From: Thermofilum pendens Hrk 5
Lineage (GTDB): Archaea > Thermoproteota > Thermoprotei > Thermofilales > Thermofilaceae
Direction of reading: 5' to 3'
Assembly: GCF_000015225.1 (NCBI RefSeq)
Contig: NC_008698.1
Span: 630,001-662,000 of the forward strand
Length of the DNA stretch: 32,000 bases
The position numbers were made by a program, and so were the translations under genes. Of the stretch, positions 16,423 through 24,233 are shown piece after piece (positions within the stretch are counted from its first letter, which is position 1; each line of letters starts with the position of its first letter). The notes under the pieces were generated by a model. It was not told where the DNA came from and made no database searches. It saw nothing but the letters and a program-made list of their open reading frames with translations.

Positions 16423-16883
16423 AGGTAGTGGTAAGGGCACCCTTCTACCCCACGGAGTCCCTTGAAAAGGTTCTATCGAGTATATTCAACCTCTTCGATG
16501 CGCCTAAGGAGTCATGCGCAGTCGTGGGTGAAGGCAAAGGTAGGTATATCGAGTGCGTTTTCCACAACCATAAACCTCTCGAAAAGTTTAGGAGGCTTTT
16601 AAGGCAACAGAGAATACTGGACGCCGCGAGGTCGTACGTGGAGCGAGGGTTGCGGGAAGGCGAGGTAAAGTTCTACTTGAACAAGCAGGCAGCGTTCGCC
16701 GGGAAGGTAAGCTTCTGCACGTACGAAGCCGGGGAAAGCCCGCTAGGCTCAATAATAGTAGTCATAGAGCTTGGAAAGTGCTCCCCAGATGAGTTCCTCA
16801 ACTGGTTAGCTCCTAGAACGGTCAACGGAAAGCCTGTCGGAGAGGTATCCGAGCTGAAGTGCCTAGAACAAGGCTCAGGGTAG
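16419..16883 (+). CDS. UPF0201 (PF01877-like, predicted RNA-binding) protein
   Basis: The start [13 protein letters not shown] and the motifs [22 protein letters not shown] and ESPLGSI match my recollection of the family that usually sits next to UPF0200. The ORF-track start at 16371 lies inside the upstream gene. Confidence 0.6.
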
Positions 16884-16890
16884 GTTCGCA

Positions 16891-17841
16891 TTAGATGCAA
16901 TCGGTATTAATGCGCACGCTGAAAACGCGTGGCTCGGTGAATGCTACGTCTATAGTTAGCCCCTTCTCGGCTATTAGTACCCTCGGGTATTCGCCCACAG
17001 CCTCTGAAAGGTCGACTGCCGGGTTTCTGTACATCGCGCTGAAATGCGTCAAGACGAGAAGCCTCGACCGCGTCGCCTTAAACACCGCAACCGCGTCCTC
17101 GACAGTCGAGTGCGCCATGTAAGGCTTCCTGTACCAGTCTCTCTTAAGGAGCGTTGAATCATGTATAAGGACATCCGACTCCATAGCTTTAGACGCGAAC
17201 CTGTGGCTAGGAAGCGAGTCTCCCGTGTACGAGATCTTTACGCCGCGGACCACTTGCTTAACGAAGCTGTTGAGACTGTACTCCTTAGAGCCTACCCTCA
17301 CTTTTCCCTTTTCGAGAAGCTCCTTGCGTAGCGCAGGAGGAATCTTCTCTTGTTCCAGCTTCTCCTCGTCTAGCTTCACTTTATCTTCAACCCTGATAAT
17401 GTAGGACAAAGCCCCGTAGCTGTGCGGCGCCGCCACGTAGCTTACTGTAAGCGGCAGGCCCGGAAAACGAAGGATTCCTTCCCACCCGTAGAGCTCCGTC
17501 AGGCTTACCGGGTAGCCTGTAGTCCTCCTACCGGTAACCACCGAGCCAAGACCCGGGGGTCCGTAAACGCTAAGAGCCCTCTCTCTTCCGAGCAAGGACA
17601 GCGTCTCTAGGAGAGGGATTAACCCACTGTAGTGGTCGCTGTGAAGGTGAGTCACGAAAATGTAAAGGGGCGAGTTTACTCCTAGGTGGAAGCACTCCAA
17701 GGCCTTCTGGCAACGCTCTCCCACGTCTAACAGGAAGACTGTGTCGGCCATCTTCACCGCTATGCATGGTTGCTCGGCACTCTTCGGGGTCACCGCTCCT
17801 CCGGTTCCCCAGAACATAATGCGAATGCTCGAGATATTCAT
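16891..17841 (-). CDS. rnz: Ribonuclease Z (tRNA 3' endonuclease)
   Basis: Metallo-beta-lactamase signature THLHSDHYSG and the N-terminus MFWGTGGA. The ORF is open to GTG 17862, but the GTATATTAAG box (17880-17871, minus strand) is centred 34 nt upstream of ATG 17841 and only 13 nt from the GTG. Confidence 0.88.
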   Translation of the reverse strand: MNISSIRIMFWGTGGAVTPKSAEQPCIAVKMADTVFLLDVGERCQKALECFHLGVNSPLYIFVTHLHSDHYSGLIPLLETLSLLGRERALSVYGPPGLGSVVTGRRTTGYPVSLTELYGWEGILRFPGLPLTVSYVAAPHSYGALSYIIRVEDKVKLDEEKLEQEKIPPALRKELLEKGKVRVGSKEYSLNSFVKQVVRGVKISYTGDSLPSHRFASKAMESDVLIHDSTLLKRDWYRKPYMAHSTVEDAVAVFKATRSRLLVLTHFSAMYRNPAVDLSEAVGEYPRVLIAEKGLTIDVAFTEPRVFSVRINTDCI

Positions 17842-17949
17842 CGTGGAACCCTGTGTGTACACTACGTAGGCTTAATATACTACAACCCAAAGAAAGTTTT
17901 GGTTGTGCTCTATAACGCGTAGGTTCCGAAAAGGTTTTCTCGTTCCTTG

Positions 17950-18029
17950 GTTTACAAACATGGGAGAAAGCTGAAACCGAGTATCTCCCCAGTTTACAAA
18001 CCAGGAAAAAGGAGAAAAAGGGGTTTTTA
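17950..18029. repeat. GTTTACAAAC/purine-rich motif (copy 2, with internal 42-nt tandem duplication)
   Basis: GTTTACAAAC occurs at 17950 and again at 17992. The segment is related to 11793-11840. On the minus strand it reads UAAAAACCCCUUUUUCUCCUUUUUCC, an oligo-T terminator-like tract directly after the stop of the small (-) ORF. Confidence 0.7.
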
Positions 18030-18233
18030 CGCTAGCCCTAGCCCCCTGAGCTCTTCGACGTCCTTCTCTAGCTCTCTTGCTAGCTCTTCGTCTTCCTCGA
18101 CGCGCGGGGCGCTTTTCACGGAGGCTAGGAACTCCTCTACCGCGTCTAATGCTTCGGCGAGGCGCGCCTCGTAGAGCTCGTCGCGCCTAAGAGTGCTCGC
18201 CAGGATACGCGAGGGAGCGCCGACAGTCCGCAC
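18027..18233 (-). CDS. Hypothetical small acidic coiled protein (~68 aa from GTG 18233)
   Basis: The C-terminal 55 aa (LRRDELYEARLAEALDAVEEFLASVKSAPRVEEDEELARELEKDVEELRGLGLA) look protein-like and a T-rich tract follows. The start is uncertain: the ORF-track ATG at 18374 would overlap the opposite gene. Confidence 0.3.
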   Translation of the reverse strand: MRTVGAPSRILASTLRRDELYEARLAEALDAVEEFLASVKSAPRVEEDEELARELEKDVEELRGLGLA

Positions 18234-18294
18234 GGTAATCCCTGGAGCACGCCCCTCGCAGGGTGCCTGTCCACCATTTAAGGAAGGGTTAAGT

Positions 18295-19722
18295 ATGGGT
18301 AGGGAAATGATGGGGTGTGAGAAAAACGTGGCGGCTGAGGAGGCAGGGTTCGAAGAGTTCGACGAGTGGTTCATTCGCAGGAAGATCGAGGAGCTCCTGA
18401 GGAAGGCGCTGTTTCCGAGCGACGGCTATAGGGGGCTCGAGGCTACTCGCAACGAGGTTGCGCGGGAGCTTGCGGAAATAAGGGGCAACTATGCTCGGTA
18501 CGGCGAGGCCTACGTAGAATACGTTGGCAGGCTCGGGGAAGGCGAGGAGAAGGCGATCAAAGAGGCTGAGAAAGCGATGAGGGAAGCCCTGGAGCACGTA
18601 GACGAGCTCGAAATCAGGAGGACAGGCAGAGCGCACTGGAAGGCTAAGCTTCCAGGCAGGAGTTGGAGGCTATACGTACACTTGAAGCCTAGCGGGTACT
18701 GGGAGGTCGAGATCCGTTTACATCTCAGAGTCGTCAAGCTCAGGCTACCCGATACCCTGAGGCTCCCACCTGAGCTACTTAGAGCCGCCCAAGAGGGCTG
18801 GATCATGGGAGACGCATCGTACCGCGCGGACCGCGAAGAAGTCACGATGACTACAGCGCAGACATGGCAAGTAGCCTCCTTCCCTGGCTTCTGGCCGGGG
18901 AAGGAGGTGGCTGTCTACGTTGATAGAATCGAGATCCACGAGACGAGAGTCAGCGTTAAGTGGTACGTGGTTGTTAAGGGTGTTCGCGACGCGCCTCGCT
19001 GGTGGAGTCTCTCCAAAAAGGAGAAGCAGGGTATTATCTTGGCGGAGATCGAGGCGGCGAACAGAGGAGAAATCGACATTTTCAGGGCGCTAAAGCTCGC
19101 ATTGCTATACGTTACGGATGGAATGTATCCAGGGTCAAGCAACACAGCTAGACATGTGCTGGATTTCGCGGTCGGTCAAAATTCTCGCCGAGTTAGAACC
19201 GAGGGTGCGGTGAAGGTTGCGAGGCTTCTCTACGAGAAAGTACCGCAACTCTTAGCGTACATGGTTGCGTCAGGCTGCCAGAAAGCAGAGTTCTTAGCGA
19301 GCCTGGCATCCGTGAAGCCGCGACACTACGCACCTCGCTACCTAGAGGTTGCGGGTGTCAAAATGACCTTGCTACTCGTAGGCGCTTCACGCGCGCTTGC
19401 GGCAGTGGTGTACGTAACCGAGGATAACGAGGAGACGCTTAGGGGTTTCCCTGAGAGGGCGAGGCGGGAGGGCTTAGAAGTCAGGAAGGTGAAGGTGAGC
19501 AAGGGGCGCTGGGGTTATCGCGCCGGGCAAAAGGAGTTGCTAAGGTATGCCGATAAGCGCCCAATAGTTTACGACACACTCATAGCGTTCGTGGAGGAGA
19601 GACTCGGAGCAATGCCTCTCAATCACCCAGCAAGGCCGAGTGTGGAGCGCCTCCTGGAACGCCTAAAAAAGGCGCGCGAAAGAGCGCTTAGAAAGCTGGG
19701 GGACCAAGACGCTAAAGAGTAA
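18295..19722 (+). CDS. Hypothetical protein of a multi-copy family with two LAGLIDADG-like motifs
   Basis: Long ORF, open from GTG 18193, with ATG codons at 18295, 18307 and 18310. A TTTAAG box at 18275-18284 lies 27 nt from 18307. I recognise no family. The motifs are EGWIMGDAS (18793-18819) and LALLYVTDGMY (19096-19128). Truncated paralogous 3' ends lie at 13462-13610 and 30614-30751. Confidence 0.75.
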   Translation: MGREMMGCEKNVAAEEAGFEEFDEWFIRRKIEELLRKALFPSDGYRGLEATRNEVARELAEIRGNYARYGEAYVEYVGRLGEGEEKAIKEAEKAMREALEHVDELEIRRTGRAHWKAKLPGRSWRLYVHLKPSGYWEVEIRLHLRVVKLRLPDTLRLPPELLRAAQEGWIMGDASYRADREEVTMTTAQTWQVASFPGFWPGKEVAVYVDRIEIHETRVSVKWYVVVKGVRDAPRWWSLSKKEKQGIILAEIEAANRGEIDIFRALKLALLYVTDGMYPGSSNTARHVLDFAVGQNSRRVRTEGAVKVARLLYEKVPQLLAYMVASGCQKAEFLASLASVKPRHYAPRYLEVAGVKMTLLLVGASRALAAVVYVTEDNEETLRGFPERARREGLEVRKVKVSKGRWGYRAGQKELLRYADKRPIVYDTLIAFVEERLGAMPLNHPARPSVERLLERLKKARERALRKLGDQDAKE

Positions 19723-19770
19723 GACCACCATGGAAAGGCGCCCGGCCCCCCTCCTCTTGTGCGAGTTGTA
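19648..19770 (+). repeat. Conserved 3' module of the family (last ~25 codons plus ~48-nt 3' flank), reference copy
   Basis: Compared with the reverse complement of 30614-30712: the 27-nt block at 19724-19750 matches at 26/27, and the first 50 nt from 19651 show about 6 mismatches. The match to 13481-13600 is looser. Confidence 0.75.
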
Positions 19771-19808
19771 GAGGTGAGGTTTTAAGGGGGTTAAACGTTA
19801 TACTAGGC

Positions 19809-20894
19809 GTGCGTGCGATGGCGGCTACGGGTAGGCGGCTCCTAGTGCTATGTGTGGATAGGGATAACGACGTCGGTACAGTTCTCAATGTAAAGACACC
19901 ACTTGTAGGCGAGGAGGCTGTGCTCAATGCGGCTGTCGAGTATAGCCTTGCACGCCCAGACGACTCCGACTCGAACGCTATGTTCGCGGCCGTCCAGACG
20001 TACCGCGAGCTTAGAAAGACGTACGGCGACGGCGTCGAGGTCGCGCTTGTAGCGGGGCTGGAAAGGGAGGGCGTGGAGGGGGATATGAAAATTCTCCAAG
20101 AGCTCGACCAAGTACTCTCGCAGGGCCGCTTTGACGGTGTCGTCTTGGTGTCCGACGGTCCCACGGATGAGGCAGTGGCGCCGCTGATACAGTCGAAGCT
20201 TCCAATAGTGTCCATCAGGCGTGTTATAGTACAGCAGGAAAGGGGGGTAGAGGAGACCTTCGTGTTGCTCGTGAACTACGTGAAAAAGGCCTTTACGGAA
20301 GAAAACTACAAGAGGTACTCGCTGGGGCTTACGGGGCTCTTCCTGGTAATCTACAGTTTACTCTCATACTTCCTACCGCAGTTCGTATGGCCTATACTCA
20401 TAACCGCCCTCGGGGGATTCATGTTCTTCAAGGGCTACGACCTGGGCGAATACTTCTCAAGCATCTACAAGACAAAGCCCATAACGTTCGCGTCAATCCT
20501 CCTCTCGATCATATTATCGCTTCTCGCATTGATACAGGGGATCTACGCTGTGCTTAAAACGCCTTACATCGACTTCTTCGGAGCCATCGGGAGGCTCCTG
20601 TTGGCGCCTGTAGGTGCCCAGTTGTTAGCCGTGGATCTACTAGTCCTTGGAGCGGTTCTACCGTTTCTAGGAAGCCTTATAGACGCCGCGATAGCGGGTA
20701 AGGAGACTAGGTACAGCGATGCACTAGTCATAGCCGTTATACTCATGGCGAGGCAGCTCGCCGTCGAGACGGCGCGCTTCCTCAGTGGCGGTGGAGACAT
20801 ACGGGGTGTCCTCACGTGGTCCTTTGTAGTGCTAAGCAGCGTGGTCGTAATGGTAGTAGCGTTCACGCTTGAGAGAGGCGCCAGAAGGCAGTGA
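19809..20894 (+). CDS. DUF373-family archaeal membrane protein
   Basis: 361 aa. A soluble N-terminal domain (LVLCVDRDNDVG..VLVSDGPTDE..VSIRRV) is followed by about 6 TM helices. The start is either GTG 19809 or ATG 19818. Confidence 0.7.
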   Translation: MRAMAATGRRLLVLCVDRDNDVGTVLNVKTPLVGEEAVLNAAVEYSLARPDDSDSNAMFAAVQTYRELRKTYGDGVEVALVAGLEREGVEGDMKILQELDQVLSQGRFDGVVLVSDGPTDEAVAPLIQSKLPIVSIRRVIVQQERGVEETFVLLVNYVKKAFTEENYKRYSLGLTGLFLVIYSLLSYFLPQFVWPILITALGGFMFFKGYDLGEYFSSIYKTKPITFASILLSIILSLLALIQGIYAVLKTPYIDFFGAIGRLLLAPVGAQLLAVDLLVLGAVLPFLGSLIDAAIAGKETRYSDALVIAVILMARQLAVETARFLSGGGDIRGVLTWSFVVLSSVVVMVVAFTLERGARRQ

Positions 20895-20969
20895 GAATAC
20901 GCTGGAAAGAGCCGTTGCGCCACCCTTGCTCCGTAATCCTTGAGGCGTTACTTCGTGAAGGGTGGGACC

Positions 20970-22094
20970 ATGTTCTTGGAGAAGTTCAACGTTAGTTATC
21001 CGAACGAACCGCGAGTCTTCGCTGTATATACGACGTGGTGTGTTTCCCGGTGCAATTTTTACGAGACGCTGGAAGCGCTGGAAAGTACCGGAGAAGCTCG
21101 AGTGCTAGGCTCTCTCGGCGACCGCCTCGTGTTTCTAGCCGCGAGAAGCCTCGAGGGCATAGTAGAGAGGCTCTACAGCGTCGCGTGCGTAGAGGAGCTG
21201 TACTTCGTCCTGGGAGAGGCGAGGCTGGGAGAGAGACCCCTCCTAGAGGGAGACATGCTGTCCAGAGTCTCACACCTCCTTCTCCACGCTACGACTTTCA
21301 ACGTGAAAATTCTCGATTGCGAAAAAATGCTGGGTGTAGAGGAAAAGGCGAAGCTTAGAGAAGATTTTTCGAAGATTCTGAAAGAGCTACGCGAAGGGCT
21401 CAGAGCATCCAGAACCGGGCCGGACTTGGAGTTCGTTGTCATAGTGCTTAGCCGTGACAGAGCTCTCCTGTCTTTAACCGTCAAGAGATACAGGAAGGAT
21501 AGGTTCGCTTTTCGAAGTCCTGAGCGAAGGGCTTACTCGCAGCCGAGCGCGCTAACACCTTGGCTTTCCCTCACAATCCTCAACCTGGCCTTGGCAACCC
21601 AGCCAGCGGGCGGAGAAGGGGGTTTTGACGTAGCTTTCCTGGACCCGTTCTGCGGCACGGGAGGAGTTCTGATAGAGGCAGCTCTTCAGGGGATGTACTC
21701 CGTTGGCGTCGATGTAAACTATAGGCAAGTGAGAGGATCGAAAAAGAACCTAAGCGTCTTAGGGCTAAGGGCGGTAGCAGACCTTGTCCTCTGCGACTCT
21801 ACAAAGCTCCCCTTTAGAGCCGAGGCGTTCAATGCCGCAGCCTTCGATCCCCCATACGGGAGGCTCGCACCGACTCATGGGAGAGACCCCGGAGAGATTC
21901 TTCGAGGAGCCTTGAGAAACGTAGTTGAGTCCGTTAAGCCTCGGGGAAGAATAGCTTTCTTCGCCTCCGACATGCTCCTTCAAAACGTAGACGCACCAGC
22001 GCTTTGCGATGTATACGAGCACAGCTCCCTAACGAGACATGTGATCGTAGTTCGCAGAACTAACCACGCGGCTGGCGGGCCCGCCGGGACTTGA
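20970..22094 (+). CDS. Trm11/Trm-G10-like tRNA (guanine-N2) methyltransferase (predicted)
   Basis: The C-terminal class I SAM-dependent methyltransferase carries FLDPFCGTGG and DPPYG motifs, behind an N-terminal THUMP-like region. ATG 20970 is preferred over TTG 20940. The last 22 nt run antisense into tRNA-Arg. Confidence 0.7.
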   Translation: MFLEKFNVSYPNEPRVFAVYTTWCVSRCNFYETLEALESTGEARVLGSLGDRLVFLAARSLEGIVERLYSVACVEELYFVLGEARLGERPLLEGDMLSRVSHLLLHATTFNVKILDCEKMLGVEEKAKLREDFSKILKELREGLRASRTGPDLEFVVIVLSRDRALLSLTVKRYRKDRFAFRSPERRAYSQPSALTPWLSLTILNLALATQPAGGEGGFDVAFLDPFCGTGGVLIEAALQGMYSVGVDVNYRQVRGSKKNLSVLGLRAVADLVLCDSTKLPFRAEAFNAAAFDPPYGRLAPTHGRDPGEILRGALRNVVESVKPRGRIAFFASDMLLQNVDAPALCDVYEHSSLTRHVIVVRRTNHAAGGPAGT

Positions 22095-22168
22095 ACCCGG
22101 GACGTCCGCGCGCACCAGCGCTCAACGGCTCCGCAGGCCGCCACGCTTCCTAGCTACGCCACGGGCCC
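22073..22168 (-). tRNA. tRNA-Arg(GCG) with a 19-nt variable-loop intron (45/46); CCA encoded
   Basis: Reverse complement: GGGCCCG TG GCGT AGCTAGGAA GCGT G GCGGC CTGCGGA GCCGT TG[AGCGCTGGTGCGCGCGGAC]GTC CCGGG TTCAAGT CCCGG CGGGCCC G CCA. The intron at 22104-22122 forms a BHB: central helix CCGU/GCGG, bulges UGA and ACG, inner hairpin GCGC-UGGU-GCGC. Confidence 0.85.
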
Positions 22169-22254
22169 TTTACCCAGCAGATGTTAAAGTTTCCACGATA
22201 TAGACTTTTCGCACACGACCCCTGCGCGCGACGCCACGTGCGGTAGATCTAAGG

Positions 22255-22824
22255 CTATCCGAATATCTTCTCGAGCTCTCTTAAGGGTATAGCTGGTAGC
22301 GAGAGTGAAAGCACATCCATTATCTCGTATATTCTCCTTTCCTCTTCCTTATTTAGCGTAACTTCCCCGCTCTGCACCATGTGGTTCAGAGCGTCTAAGA
22401 GTGTGGAGGCCTCCATGCGCAGGTGTACTTTCTTCCTCTCTATCCTACTCCTCGCAACATTGTACTCCTCGCGGGGGATCTCGCCGCTTATCAGTTTTTC
22501 ATCGAGAACGAGAAGCTCGTCGCGTAGCTTCCTCAGCTCTTCCGCGATGTCGGAGAGCCTCCCGATTATCGAGAGAATAGCCTCCTGGGAGTGGTCCAGG
22601 AGAATAATCCTGTTGTTCTCTACCCTGATCCTTTCCGGTGGAACAACGATCTTCCCGTTGGAGTCTGTCTTTAGTACAACCTTTATCGGCTGTTTCTCGC
22701 GCTTAGACACGTAAATCTTCCATATCTTGCCTACTTTCTCCCCGCTCCTTCTGTAAACGACCTTACCGACTATCTTTTCAAGTAGCTTTCTATCCGTTAT
22801 CTCGCTTAGAACTATGCCCCTCAT
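22255..22824 (-). CDS. PRC-barrel plus coiled-coil protein, CdvA-like
   Basis: A PRC-barrel-like segment (IVGKVVYRRSGEKVGKIWKIYV...VVPPERIRVENNRIILLD) is followed by a long coiled coil and a hydrophobic/proline C-terminal tail (LSLPAIPLRELEKIFG). The ORF is open to 22920, but the CTTTAAAG box (22846-22855) is centred 26 nt upstream of ATG 22824. Confidence 0.5.
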   Translation of the reverse strand: MRGIVLSEITDRKLLEKIVGKVVYRRSGEKVGKIWKIYVSKREKQPIKVVLKTDSNGKIVVPPERIRVENNRIILLDHSQEAILSIIGRLSDIAEELRKLRDELLVLDEKLISGEIPREEYNVARSRIERKKVHLRMEASTLLDALNHMVQSGEVTLNKEEERRIYEIMDVLSLSLPAIPLRELEKIFG

Positions 22825-23015
22825 AACCTCCTCAAACGTCATGTGCTTTAAAGGGCTTTTCAAGACGTACTCTCGCGGGAGATTATTCGCAAAGGGGAAA
22901 GACGTACATATTACGTTCATTATCCGCGCACTTTGCTAAACGGACTTTTCGCGCATACGAAGCTTTAAAAGCAGGAAGTTCGGCTCATTGCAGTGTAAGG
23001 CTGGGTGTCGGTGTC

Positions 23016-24107
23016 ATGGATGGAGACACTCTGAGCTTTATAATGTGGCTCGTAGCACTCGCGATTTTCTCGTACATAACGCAGGAGATGCAGATTCTAA
23101 AGGCTATAAGCGAGGTTGAAGGCTACGTCGCTCTCTTCAGGGGTATACGGGACAAGGCTGTGAAAGTGCTTGTAGACCAGTTTTCAAAGTACACGGCCAG
23201 CTCTGAGGGGGCTTCTAGGGACGTGTTGGAGCAGAGGATTCTCTCGCTCATCGAGACACGCATCATACTCCCAGTAGACCTGGATCCCTACGGCATAGTG
23301 AGGAAGATAAAGCACGTGCTTAGAACTAGCGAAGTAGAACTCGAGAAGGAGGTTTCCCGCATCGCGAAAGGCGCCTCGAGGACGGAGGTGCAGAGGCTGT
23401 CAAGCCTGGTGGAGGTTGCGCGTGAGCTAAACCTTGTGTACAAGCTTGTTAACCACTACTACCTTATCGCGCGGAAATTTAAGAGCCTCTGGCTCGTGCT
23501 ACAGCTGAACGCGCAGATGCCCTTCGTACTCGAAGAGGTGAAGGCGATAGAGGGGGCCCTGGAGTCGTTCTCGAAGGGTATTCCTGTAGGCGACTCCGCC
23601 GGGCCACTGGTTGCTGCTTTGCTGGCTAGGAAGTATAAGGGTAGCTTTGTTGAACCCGTGAAGGACACTGAAATCTCGCAGGTAACGGTCGACGGAAAGA
23701 AGGTATTCATAGTGAAGGCAAAGGGCCCTGGGAGCACGACGGGACACCTTGAGGAAGCTCTATCCTGGATATTCTCGAGGGAGAAAGTCTCGCTCATAGT
23801 ATCCGTGGATGCTGCGTTGAAGCTAGAAGGGGAAGAGTCGGGGTCCGTAGCGAGCGGGTACGGTGTCGCGATGGGTGGCATAGGCGTTGAGAGATTCGAG
23901 ATAGAGGAGCTCTCGACGAAGCATGGAGTGCCGCTGTTCGCAGTACTCATAAAGATGTCGGAGGCAGAGGCTCTCTCGGTTATGACGGAGAAGGTTTACC
24001 AAGGGGTTCAGCAAGCGGTGAGGATAGTAGAGGATATCATCTCAAGGGCACCGGAGGGTTCGTCCATTGTAGTTCTAGGAGTTGGAAACAGCCTAGGAGT
24101 ACCGTGA
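23016..24107 (+). CDS. Membrane-anchored conserved archaeal protein (DUF1512-like)
   Basis: 363 aa. It has an N-terminal TM helix, a helical middle region and a C-terminal alpha/beta domain (GDSAGPLVAA..KGPGSTTGH..GYGVAMGGIG). The family assignment is from memory only. Confidence 0.45.
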   Translation: MDGDTLSFIMWLVALAIFSYITQEMQILKAISEVEGYVALFRGIRDKAVKVLVDQFSKYTASSEGASRDVLEQRILSLIETRIILPVDLDPYGIVRKIKHVLRTSEVELEKEVSRIAKGASRTEVQRLSSLVEVARELNLVYKLVNHYYLIARKFKSLWLVLQLNAQMPFVLEEVKAIEGALESFSKGIPVGDSAGPLVAALLARKYKGSFVEPVKDTEISQVTVDGKKVFIVKAKGPGSTTGHLEEALSWIFSREKVSLIVSVDAALKLEGEESGSVASGYGVAMGGIGVERFEIEELSTKHGVPLFAVLIKMSEAEALSVMTEKVYQGVQQAVRIVEDIISRAPEGSSIVVLGVGNSLGVP

Positions 24108-24233
24108 CGCTCCTAGAACCTCCTTAGATGGAACCGGGGAACGTTTCTACGCTATGTCTGTGTCATACCAGTAAGAAATATAAGCCTTTTGTTTCCAGAA
24201 TAATCGCAATTTGGTGTATCGGAGGGTGAGTGT

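Noticed and set aside
19712-20215. 167-aa minus-strand ORF overlapping the DUF373 gene start
   Set aside because: It is a Ser/Thr/Pro-rich shadow frame. The opposite strand encodes a conserved DUF373 N-terminal domain and the orphan ORF's 3' end.
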